Source: Eledone cirrhosa (lineage: Eukaryota). From it: a stretch of 64,000 nucleotides of DNA. Of this stretch, positions 55,901 to 64,000 are shown in pieces. The first letter of the stretch is position 1, and each line of letters opens with the position of its first letter. The notes under the pieces are model-generated. The model searched no databases. It was not told the origin of the DNA and worked only from the letters and a program-made list of their open reading frames with translations. The DNA is taken from NCBI GenBank assembly GCA_964016885.1, contig OZ024742.1, positions 290,718,001-290,782,000 on the forward strand. Reading direction: 5' to 3'. Made by a program: the position numbers and the translations under genes.

Positions 55901-58900
55901 CTAAAACTAGACCACATTTTGACTAATAAATTCCATGGCTAGATACACTTCTTAATGTCACCCACCTTATAGAGTGTATTGGATGCATTTTATTATGGCA
56001 CCATCATTTTATATATTTACATATATTTCTTGGTAGAGCTATTCTGATAGAGAATGGCTCACACGTGGCAGATAGTGATATGACCACTAGATATGATGGT
56101 TAGTTGAAGCATAAGTGGGTTTCTGTTGAATGAATAAGCAACACCGGATCAAACAGTATTAAGCTACTAGGGAGATGGAATAAAGGGTGACACTGTTAGC
56201 TTTCAAATAAACTCTTACAAGTTAGCAATGTACATATGATGAAGCAAGTAAAGGGTGCCTCTAAACAAGTCTAGTCTTTGTGGGTCTGAGAAAATTACCA
56301 AATTGGTGACAGGTGCAAATAATATCACCAAAAAGTGCACCACGCCAAGCTTCTTTCACACACAGCATTTAAAAGCTGAAGCAGAAACTGCTCAGCTGAA
56401 CAAGTTCTATATTGTTTCAATGTCCTCAGTTTTCTCAGGGAGTTCTCTGAATTTGGATACAATAGTGTCTGCATACCTGGTCCTGACTTTCTTATCCACC
56501 AACGCTTCCCACTTTATCTTGTTGGTCACCCTGGACTTGCCAGTTTTGTGGGCTTATTTGGCTTTAGGTAGTCTCAAGCTGTAGATAAATAGATGATGAC
56601 CAGTTGACAGCTCAGCCCCTCTCTTAACACAAATTTCCAGTACTCAATCGAAGAGATCAGAGGCAATAACAAAATCAATTATTGATCGCTGTCCCTGATT
56701 CCCCTTATACCATATATATTTATGGATGTTTCTGTGCTGGAAGAAGGTGTTTATAATAGAGAGTCCATTGCTAAAACAGAAGTCTAATAAGGCCTCTCCA
56801 TTCTTATATAGGTTGGGATTACCGATCCTTCCAATCATTCCTTTCCATGTCAGGTGGTCTGTGCTAACATGTGCATTGAAGTCTCCCATTAGGATATATG
56901 ACTCAGTCTTAACTAGATCTTACGCTGCAGTGACTTCATCAAGGAAGGATCTGTATTTGGACTCTTTGTTCAGTGAATAAACTTGCACCACCCACAAAAC
57001 CCTATCTTTCAGCCTAAGCTTCAAGAGGCAAATCCTCTCACCTAATGATGTCCAGTCTATAACACATTCTGACAGTCGGGGGGCTGTGAGTATCCCCACT
57101 GCTGCCTGTGCAGTCATTTCTGGTGTCATATCTGAATAGTGGAGTTTCCGTTCTCTATCCAAATCTTCAGTACCAGATCCACGGAACTTGTTGAGGAAAC
57201 CCAAACTATATATAGCTGGAAGCATCTAAACCACTCCACTAGTTCCTGCTCCTTACCTGTAAGGATTGTGGTGCTCCAGGTTCCAATTGTCAAGGTTTGT
57301 TAGCTTCCAAACCATCTTTGATGTCTCGAGATATGCAATCGTTATGCGTCTATCCCATGCCTCCCAGGACAGGCTGTAAGCTCATTACCAGTTTTTACAG
57401 CATGAAATAGAGACTGCAATATATTTTTTGAACAGGTCCCTCTAGTTAAGGCCCGAATGTGTCCCTTATTAATTCATGTGAAGGATAATATTGCAGTTTT
57501 GGTGGTTTTATTCCTGCCAGTCACCAATCTGGTACTTTCTCAGACCCATGAAGAGTAGGCTTTTTTAGAGGTGGCATTTTCATAGCTACATCACTGGGTT
57601 GTGAAAGATTTCTTGGGAACTAAAGGTATCACCCATTACTTCATCTCCCTTAGTAATTCACCACTGTTGGTCCAGGGGTTGTTTACTTGTCCAGCAGGTA
57701 CTCACTTATATCATAACTAACTAATATTACTGTTGGCCGTATCGCTATTCCCCACCTATGACCTGTTCTCTAGCAGAACAGCTCTGCCAAAAAGTATAAG
57801 AGTAACAAATAAAAACCAAGAGAAATATTAATTTAAAACAATATTCATGGTTGAGTTAGAGCTAGTCTTTTAAATCTGTTTTTCCCTGTTTTGCATGGTT
57901 TGGACAGAGCCTGGAGCTTATCCCAGTTACTTGGGCATTAAACTAAGGGTACTTATGTTTAGCTAAATCAACTGGAACAGCATGAAATGAAGTGCCTTGC
58001 TGGTCTGAACATTGAACCCAAGGTCTTTACATTCACAATAGAAATAATACATAATTAAAACATTTTATTGTAATTTATTGATAAATATAACAATTAATTT
58101 GAAATGTAGTCATCCCAATGCATGTGACTCTAATAATAGCTGACCACTGTAGATAATAGTTTAAAAAATTAGGTACAATACCCCTGGAGATGGAAAAAAG
58201 TGGACAGCGGTGCTTGCGAGGAATTAAACCCTAAACCAGGCAAGTGTATTATTCACTGTTATACCAATATGTCTCTGACCACTGACTGCTGTCTTTTAGA
58301 AGCATTTAACCCTTTACTATTTACATTATTCTATATATACTATTGTATTTTCATGGTAAAGGCTTTACCTCACATAATTATCTCTCATAATATCGAATCT
58401 AAGAGATTTTGATATTATTTATGTTGAGAACAATACCTTAACATCAGTATGATCAACTGGTTACAATTGGCTTGAACTGAAAGATATGAGAGAATTTTGG
58501 CCAGATTTGGCTGGTTTAAATGCTAAAGGGTTAAACTTGTATCTAGAAGTGGTTGACTTGAAACATTGGGAACATTTTAAATATGAAATATTGTTCTATT
58601 TATAGTGATCAACTACTATTTTAATCATCTGCATTGGGACAACTACATTTTAAATTTCAAACTTTGCCAATGTATCTTAAGTCAACCAGAAGATAACAAT
58701 TAATGTTTCCATGGAATTATAACATGAAAGTCTTTGGTTATTTCTAACAGGTATTTCAAGAATATTTCCAAGAAATACAGACAACTGAAACATCATCAGG
58801 TAAACACACAATATTTTATTCACAGATGTATAAATAACATTAAAAATTGTTCACAATTCTTTCAGAATGAAAATATAACAAATATAATAAATACAATTAA

Positions 58901-61900
58901 CTATTGCTAGGAACCTCACAATGCACCAAAATATATGGTGAAAGCAAGAGAAAGAGGGGGGAAAAAGTAAAGAAAAGAGGGTGGGATATCTCTGATGACA
59001 CTGCAGCTTTATGATTCTTCATCTCCTTGATTGCTTCTTTGACCCTATAACTATCAACCTCAATAGCTGGTCCTTCTTTTGGGTAAGTAAGGGGTAGTCT
59101 TTCCTCTTCCCATTAATTCTCTACATTCATCAGTCTCTCATAGTAACATTTCCAGGCCTCTTTCTTTTGAACATTAGTGATGCTAAGTGCATGAGAGTAA
59201 TTTTTAATACACTTTTCCCCAACTACATCCTGATTCACACTGACACACTGCCTTGTGATATGGTACACTTCTCGTCTCTGGTCCTCACATCGCAAGACAT
59301 CGACAAACTTTCTTTTTTCAGCCTTTCTTTCAGCTCCGTATACCTGTCATCTATCTTCTCCCTTACCTACCTGGTACCGGTCTCTGCTATCCCCATTTTT
59401 CCAGTATTTCCATGCCTGTTTCTTGGCTTTAATGGCTCTATCCACTGTGCTTTTCCACCACCAGGTCACCCTCTGTCTAGCTGGTGAAAAGGTTGTCACG
59501 CAAGATTTCTGATTGTTGTCTATGTTATATGTATCTGGCTTGTCAATCCTCTCATCGAATGCATCTCATAGGGCCTTTCCAAACCTGCCATGTAACATTG
59601 CATTTTGCATGCAGGCATCACATAGTCATCCCATCACTCTGAAAGAGCAGCCATTTATTGCCAGCAATGGCAGCAACTACCTGGTCTTCTTCCAGCCTGT
59701 TCTTACTTTGGCTATAAAACTTTCAGAGCATCCACCTACACTACTAATGTGATCTCCTAGATAGCATAAGCTGTCTATCATTTCCAGCAAACCTTCTGAA
59801 CATCTAATAGGGTTTATCTCTTGAGTATTCTTACTGTTAACTATTCCTACACATCTACCACTCACAAAGCCTGACCTTCCCATCAGTCTATCGGTGGTTC
59901 CACTACCTCTCGTAGGTGTCCAGTTTACACTGGATACAAAGTATGGAATTACTACTCCACCTCCCTTTTCTACACATTGAGCATGGTCATTCCCTGATAG
60001 TAGCAAAGACTTATCTCTTTTTCTTACTAAAACTTCAGTCTTTGAGGTCATTTGATTCCAGATTTTGCTTCTATGTCTGGAACTTCCTTTCTAGTTCTTC
60101 TATCATTTCAGCTATGATGGCACAGAGGAGCTACCATGCACAACCAGTGTTGAATACCTCTGTTATAGCTTGTAGGACTATAATAAACAAGAGGGAACTG
60201 ATGACTGGGCCTTGGCAAGCCCTGTTTATGTTATCATAATTTTATGTAAGACTCTTTGTTAATTCCAAATACCAGTTAAATAATGAGAAAATTAGTTGTA
60301 TTACTAAATTGCATTATTTTCAAGTGGATTGGCAATATCGGTAGAGGGTCGGACACCATGCTTTGACGCATAGTTACGGCCCTTGCCATTCTGTGTTCAA
60401 ATCCCGCCAAGGTTAACTTTTCCTTTCATCCTTACGGGGGTTGATAAAATAAAGTACCAGTAATCATCATCATCATCATCATCATCATCAGGTTTAGCGT
60501 CCGTGTTCCACGCTTGCATGGGTTTGGACGGGGGTTTTCCCACTTGAGGCAAGAGTGGTTGTCTTGCTCGCATAGGAATGTCTGGCGGGTTTTCTACAGT
60601 TGGATGCCCTTCCTAACACCAACCACATTTACAGTGTGGGGCTGGGAGGTTTTTACCGTGTTGCCTACACGGCCACATTTACAGCGTGGACTGTGTGTTT
60701 TTTTGTCGTGACACCTACACGATCTCATTTGTTTCGGCCTGGATGTTGTGGGACCAACATAACTGTACATTGAAAGGGGCGGTGTGGATGGGGTGGAGGT
60801 GGTGGGACGGGGGGGGGGGTTGATAGAGATGCCTACTGACTGTAGTAGGTTTTTACTTTGTATTTAGGTAAGGCGGGTCTTCTCTATTACTGAGTACCGC
60901 CAAAGGTCTCGGTCCAGTGACATTGTCTTGGAGAGGTGTAAGCGTGTGAGGTCGGAATTTATCAGCTCGTCCCATGTTTTTCTGGGTCTGCCTACTCCGT
61001 GGCTACCGTCTATCTTTATTGCCCTGCACTTTGTTATACAGCTGTCGTCTTTCATGCGCATCACGTGACCGTACCAACGTGATGTACTGGGTAATTGCTG
61101 GCCTTGTGCCAATAATAGAAACAATTATTTTTAAATGGCAGTGGATTGGCAGTATCGGTAGAGCATCAGACACCATGCTTTGCAACATAGAGTTATGGCA
61201 CTTTACCCCCTGAGTTCAAATCTGACCGAGGTTAACTTTGCCTTTCATTGTTACGGGGTCGATAAAATAAAGCACCAGTAATGCACTGGGGTAACTGCTG
61301 GCCTTGTGCCAAAAGTAGAAACAATTATTTTCAAATGATTTGAAAACTATAAACTGTGTCTTTCATTAGAAATATGATAAAAAAAAGGTTAATAATGAAT
61401 GAGAGGAGAGATGAGTAAGTCTGGAGAGCCCAAGTTAAGGTAGTGCAAGATCCTCCACATTCACAGAACATAAGCCATTGTATTAATGGTAACTTACAGG
61501 AATAGGAGCATATTTGTAAATAACTCTACACCAATTAATTGAGTGACTTGGTCTAGAAAGTTTACATGTCCCAGATGTAAGAGCAGTACTCCATTGTGGG
61601 TTTCTTTCACCTGAACTTTCTAAAGGGTCAGCAATTGATGAGAGAGTTGTAGTATTTTCTGGTCATGGGGAGCTAGTGTTTAGGGTGCAGTCCTTGCTAT
61701 GTTAAGGATGCATATTTGCCATAAGAGATCCTCAGAGATTGCTAGGTTGAGCATTTGGAGCAATTGCAAAGGCTCTAATTGTGTGATGCTTATAAAAGGG
61801 GTGGGAGAAGTATGATAATGTTTTCTTGATTTGAGCAGAGTTTGGGTTATTTTGGCTGTTGAAAGAGACATGCTTGTCATAGCTTCATTGGAGGATGGTT

Positions 61901-63370
61901 TTGAGGTCTCTTTCATGGAGTCATTACAGACTTGGTGTGAGACGGTCAACAATTAGTTGAGAAAGGTTATGGAAGAATGAAGGGTTGTTACATTTGCATA
62001 AGAATGGGCATTGTTGAATGTGAAGTAAAGTAGATAATTGGTGTATAGAAAGAAAAGGAGGATGCAAAACTGCATGCAGGGGAACACCAAAGTTAGTTAT
62101 AGTCTATAAACATATTAAAATTTATTTCATTGTGAACTGACGTGGCATCATAATCATCATTTCATGTCTGATCTTCTGTGCTGGCATGGGTTGGATAGGT
62201 TGTTACAGACCAATCAGAACTTAATCAGGGTTACTAGTCTTCCAGACAAGTCAAGGGACTATGCCTCCTTTAAATATGTTCCACATTTGACATGGCTTCC
62301 AATGCTCTTTACACAGGATACTGGGTACATTTTATTGTGGCACCACTGCTAAAGATGTTGTTGCATCCTTCATGTGATTAAGAAGGTCTTCTGAGCCTGT
62401 TTTTAGCACAGCCACAAAAGCTGGCTGCACTTCTTATCACTAACCACTTCACAGAGTATATTGGGTGCATTTTATTGTGGCACCACTGTTGCATAGGTTA
62501 TTATATCCATGGCATGATTGAACAGTCTTCTCAATCCTTTTTTTGGCATGATTTCTATTGTTGAATGTTCTTCTTTAATGCCAACCATGTTACAGAGTGC
62601 ATTGGGTTCATTTTATCATGGCACCAGCACTAAAGAGGTTATCATGTCATTAATGTGACTGAAGCTTCCTCTCTACCCTTTTTGACAAGATTTATGACTG
62701 GATTACCATTCTAAACCTAATTAGTTTAAAAAATTGACACATGTACAATTAATGCTTTGATACTAGCCTACTCAAAACCATCTCTGTTTCTATGAAACAA
62801 AAGCACCCATTTTGAAACATTCCTATTTATATTAAAATCGTCCAACATAATTTCATATAACTACTATATGTTAAGTTACTATCTTAGTAATGAAATTATT
62901 TATAATTTTAGTAAATCTATCCAAATTCTTAATTAAATAATTGAAATACATAGTTCATATTTAAATTAGTATCTTCTAACATAATTTTATATAAGAACCA
63001 TATGTTAAGTTACTATTTTGTTAATGAAATAACAATTTTACTAAATCCCTCAAAATTTCCATTAATTGGAATACAGTAATATTGTTACAAATGGGTTAAT
63101 ATCTTGTCTAGGTACAGTAACATAAGAAAGCATCTGTTAGTTATATGACTATTTTTCTTTGACAAAATGAGTATTTCTTTTATTTCAGAGAGTGATGCAT
63201 CAGAGGACAATACAGTTACTGACGTCCATGAAAAAGACATGAGTGTCTCAGTGAAATTCATTTCAAAATATCAAAATCTTGACATAGCTGTAAAAACTGT
63301 TAAAGAAGAATATATCTCCATGTTATTGGATGAGGTGATGCCATTAGACTTTGAGTTAACAGAAGCTCAA
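1935..63370 (+). CDS. PARP14-like: Multi-exon PARP14-like (macro-PARP family) gene fragment with tandemly repeated macrodomain-KH-like-WWE modules; 14 exons in window, open at both ends
   Basis: All 14 predicted exons have polypyrimidine-AG acceptors and GT donors with compatible phases (0-1,1-0,0-1,1-0,0-0,0-0) and no stops; translation shows macrodomain motifs (VDVIVN, GG..AG, GYNLKC..VFH, SIAFP.LG.G) and a PARP14-type WWE. Confidence 0.8.
2170..3400 (-). mobile_element. Rearranged RTE LINE fragments; copies at ~29726-30956 and ~58986-60223
   Basis: EAWKCYYERLMNVEN and DSLCYLGD...GGCSES...RTGWKKFR are RTE ORF motifs; pieces occur out of the normal order. Confidence 0.75.
3500..3639 (+). 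mobile_element. tRNA-derived SINE (family with GCCTTTCATCCTTACGGGGTCGATAAAATAAAGTACCAGT core), followed by (CAT)n and an inverted RTE-tailed SINE end
   Basis: A-box-like TGGCAATATCGG and B-box GTTCAAATCC; many similar copies in the window. Confidence 0.75.
4050..4270 (-). mobile_element. RTE LINE 3' end; copies at ~31603-31823 and ~60863-61083
   Basis: RWYGHVMRM...GRPRKTW...DRDLWR. Confidence 0.8.
4268..4515 (+). mobile_element. SINE tail plus full SINE of the same family
   Basis: GTGGATTGGCAGTATCGGTAGAG ... GCTGGCCTTGTGCCAAAAGTAGAAACAATTATT. Confidence 0.78.
4620..5300 (-). mobile_element. Old CR1/L2-group LINE RT C-terminal fragment; copies at ~32173-32854 and ~61433-62113
   Basis: ISEDLLW..ILNIARTA and MEYCSYIW (minus strand, ~4757-4782). 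Confidence 0.55.
6376..6557 (+). CDS. Exon B, unit 1 (182 nt): linker/KH-like region, ESDASEDN...FELTEAQ
   Basis: ttttatttcag|AG ... GCTCAA|gtaagt; phase 1-0; within ORF 6354-6653. Confidence 0.8.
6604..7183 (+). mobile_element. Three tandem SINE copies filling intron B-C; copies at ~34158-34737 and ~63417-63996
   Basis: Three repeats of the GGATTGGCAGTATCGGTAGAG head and core. Confidence 0.8.
7291..7654 (+). CDS. Exon C, unit 1 (364 nt): KH-like helix plus WWE domain (VQWYYYSSETPERMFDEEENAVLEKAFSQKKK...QLKR)
   Basis: ttttttcag|AAG ... AAAGGTG|gtaagg; phase 0-1; resembles the PARP14 pre-WWE and WWE region. Confidence 0.85.
7724..7937 (+). mobile_element. SINE, same family; copy at ~35278-35491
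   Basis: Head, core and tail recognisable. Confidence 0.75.
7980..9650 (-). mobile_element. Decayed RTE LINE, endonuclease to linker; copy at ~35534-37204
   Basis: GNMNVG...VDVCCVQETRWRG, SAYAPQSG and AGDFNGHVG motifs. Confidence 0.82.
9936..10125 (-). mobile_element. SINE, same family, reverse orientation; copy at ~37483-37672
   Basis: Reverse complement of the SINE consensus. Confidence 0.8.
10820..11110 (+). mobile_element. RTE LINE 3' end; copy at ~38367-38657
   Basis: RRLQWYGHV and GRPMKAWDEV. Confidence 0.75.
12001..13380 (-). mobile_element. 5'-truncated L1/Tx1-like non-LTR retrotransposon (ORF2 C-terminus plus 3' UTR), unit 1
   Basis: W...KLSLKGRAEVVNS...LLW...GGLGMP and LPVRDKI...HAIVH motifs typical of L1/Tx1 ORF2 ends; AATAAAGAAA 3' end; flanked on both sides by GATA repeats. 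Confidence 0.85.
13539..13663 (+). CDS. Exon D, unit 1 (125 nt): linker and first strands of macrodomain (NIDIKIMLDLISNVS)
   Basis: ttattttcag|GA ... GTCTCT|gtgagt; phase 1-0. Confidence 0.8.
13977..14060 (+). mobile_element. 84-bp 5'-truncated SINE present only in unit 1
   Basis: Unit 2 has TCTATT-CAC-ATTATTTTGAG at ~41518-41537 in its place. Confidence 0.88.
14598..15487 (-). pseudogene. piggyBac transposase 3' half, frameshifted
   Basis: SDTGYCANFDVYPGK followed by ORFs 14660-15415 and 14598-14783. Confidence 0.85.
15488..15740 (-). repeat. Putative 3' LTR (253 bp, TG...CA) of the Gypsy element
   Basis: Minus strand reads AGGGGGGCG (PPT) then TGTGGGTATG...TTCTAACCTCA, followed directly by piggyBac codons TCG GAC ACA GGC TAC; no second LTR available to confirm. 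Confidence 0.7.
15488..18976 (-). mobile_element. Ty3/Gypsy LTR retrotransposon, 5'-deleted (partial gag, PR, RT, RH, IN, PPT, 3' LTR), unit 1
   Basis: GC-rich block; gag zinc knuckles CFRCQGPHMARDC; protease ALVDMG; RT FYIDD (~17550); RNase H HINVAELDAV/RTDS; integrase HH-CC and DDE; domain order PR-RT-RH-IN; frameshifts and stops. Confidence 0.92.
18977..19290 (+). mobile_element. tRNA-derived SINE with RTE-type tail ending (TGA)n, joining Gypsy gag to piggyBac, unit 1
   Basis: B-box-like GAGTTCAATTC, CCTTGAGTAAGACACTTTA core, GTTAGGAAGGCCATCCAGC and GGACGT..(TGA)n tail seen elsewhere in the window in reverse orientation. Confidence 0.72.
19291..20032 (-). pseudogene. piggyBac transposase 5' half (acidic N-terminus to first catalytic Asp), disrupted
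   Basis: ORFs 19691-20128 and 19223-19621; ATG at 20032; premature stop near 19691. Confidence 0.85.
20989..21216 (+). CDS. Exon E, unit 1 (228 nt): macrodomain core VDVIVNSTNKELNLNSGGISKFILQTAGPQIQEEC...GYNLKCEYVFHVCLPEW
   Basis: tactcttgtag|GTT ... GATGAA|gtaagt; phase 0-0; not in the ORF track, translated by hand. Confidence 0.9.
21346..21534 (+). mobile_element. SINE, same family; copy at ~48810-48998
   Basis: Full head, core and tail. Confidence 0.8.
22740..23918 (-). mobile_element. Decayed RTE LINE reverse transcriptase fragment abutting the minisatellite; copy at ~50204-51381
   Basis: VPGRSTTD, RQLQEKFL...AFVELKKAF, GVHQ.S.LS.LL, YCYLGD...GWKKFRELLPLL. Confidence 0.85.
23919..25346. 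repeat. 33-bp minisatellite (TGTTGGTTACTGCCTTGTTGGGACTTGCTGTAC) with 15- and 30-bp variant units, 1428 bp
   Basis: Read directly; generates the four long repetitive ORFs. Confidence 0.97.
26110..26337 (+). CDS. Exon F, unit 1 (228 nt): macrodomain C-terminal half (CLQTAEERGAKSIAFPILGEGILKYP...VNFVILP)
   Basis: tgtttttag|ATT ... ATAGAG|gttggt; phase 0-0; SIAFP motif. Confidence 0.9.
26950..28100 (-). mobile_element. Decayed RTE-like LINE, apurinic endonuclease region
   Basis: MGDFNAHV, NTFFQHR..HKYTW, SIIDFVI, ELSTGHH motifs. Confidence 0.82.
29491..29539 (+). CDS. Exon A, unit 2
   Basis: Copy of 1935-1983 with the same splice sites. Confidence 0.78.
33930..34111 (+). CDS. Exon B, unit 2 (D->N relative to units 1 and 3)
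   Basis: Copy of 6376-6557; MLLNEV versus MLLDEV. Confidence 0.8.
34845..35208 (+). CDS. Exon C, unit 2: KH-like plus WWE (S->R relative to unit 1)
   Basis: Copy of 7291-7654; YSRET versus YSSET. Confidence 0.85.
39548..40927 (-). mobile_element. L1/Tx1-like element, unit 2
   Basis: Copy of 12001-13380. Confidence 0.85.
41086..41210 (+). CDS. Exon D, unit 2
   Basis: Copy of 13539-13663 with intact splice sites. Confidence 0.8.
42953..46440 (-). mobile_element. Ty3/Gypsy element, unit 2 (3' LTR 42953-43205; integrase ORF 43348-44184 uninterrupted)
   Basis: Copy of 15488-18976. Confidence 0.92.
46441..46754 (+). mobile_element. SINE with (TGA)n tail, unit 2
   Basis: Copy of 18977-19290. 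Confidence 0.72.
48453..48680 (+). CDS. Exon E, unit 2: macrodomain core
   Basis: Copy of 20989-21216 with intact splice sites. Confidence 0.9.
51382..54606. repeat. Same 33-bp minisatellite expanded to 3225 bp in unit 2
   Basis: Read directly; same flanks as in unit 1. Confidence 0.97.
55370..55597 (+). CDS. Exon F, unit 2: macrodomain C-terminal half
   Basis: Copy of 26110-26337 with intact splice sites. Confidence 0.9.
56210..57360 (-). mobile_element. Decayed RTE-like LINE endonuclease region, next copy
   Basis: Copy of 26950-28100. Confidence 0.82.
58751..58799 (+). CDS. Exon A, unit 3
   Basis: Copy of 1935-1983. Confidence 0.78.
63189..63370 (+). CDS. Exon B, unit 3
   Basis: Copy of 6376-6557. 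Confidence 0.8.
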
Positions 63371-64000
63371 GTAAGTTTGTCAAGAATGTTACATGTTTAT
63401 TATTATCATCATGACTGTGGATTGGTAGTATTGGTGGAGGGTCGGACGCCATGCTTTCCAGCATAGTTACGTCCCTTTACGATCTGAGTTCAAATCCCGC
63501 CGAGGTTGACTTTGCCTTTCATCCTTACGGGGTCGATAAAATAAAGTACCAGTAATGCACTGGGTACTTGCTGGCCTTGTGCCTAAAGTAGAAACAATTA
63601 TTATCATCATGACTAGGATGGTGGATTGGCAGTATCGGTAGAGCATTGGACATTCTGCTTTGTGGCACAGGGTTACAACCCTTTACGTTCTGAGTTCAAA
63701 TCCAGCTTAGGTTTCTTCCTTACGAGATCGATAAAAGAAAGTACCAGTAACACACTGCGGGTCGATTTAATCTACTTTTCCCTCCCCCCAAAATTTGCTG
63801 GCATTGTGCCTGGATTGGCAGTATCGGTAGAGGGTCTGACGCCATGCTTTGCAGCAAAGAGTTACGGCCCTTGCCATTCTGAGATCAAATCCCGCTGAGG
63901 TTAACTTTGCCTTTCAATCTTACGGGATCGATAACATAAAGTATTAGTAATACACTGGGATATTGCTGGCCTTGTGCCAAAAGCAGAAACAATTATTGGT

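Larger units (their letters stand above)
27550..56809 (+). repeat. Large tandem segmental duplication, unit 2 (29,260 bp)
   Basis: Colinear near-identical copy of 1-27549; VNTR is 1797 bp longer; lacks the 84-bp SINE piece at 13977-14060. Confidence 0.97.
56810..64000 (+). repeat. Large tandem segmental duplication, unit 3 (partial, runs off the window end)
   Basis: Colinear copy of 1-~7190. Confidence 0.96.

Noticed and set aside
1-64000. Whole duplication as a pure assembly artefact
   Set aside because: Copies differ by a SINE insertion, VNTR structure, small indels and CpG-type transitions, and three distinct versions exist; exact copy number still needs read support

Overview
AT-rich, repeat-dense animal genomic DNA. 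The SINE/RTE/(CAT)n landscape looks like an octopus (coleoid cephalopod) genome; this is an inference. The whole window is about 2.3 copies of a near-identical head-to-tail tandem unit: position 1 recurs at 27550 and 56810, so the periods are 27,549 and 29,260 bp, and most of the difference is a VNTR expansion. Each unit carries six small + strand GT-AG exons (49+182+364+125+228+228 = 1176 nt = 392 codons). They splice in frame with each other and from one unit into the next. They encode a PARP14-like macrodomain - KH-like - WWE module, so the array appears to be an intragenic amplification producing a poly-(macro-KH-WWE) protein. No PARP catalytic domain, start codon or stop codon lies in the window. 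The introns hold a full-length decayed piggyBac (TTAA TSD) with a nested Gypsy LTR element and a SINE, a related MITE, a Tx1/L1-like LINE inserted in a (GATA)n tract, RTE and CR1/L2-like LINE fragments, many tRNA-derived SINEs, and a 33-bp minisatellite that is open in five of six frames. All comparisons were made by eye; boundaries of decayed TE fragments are approximate.
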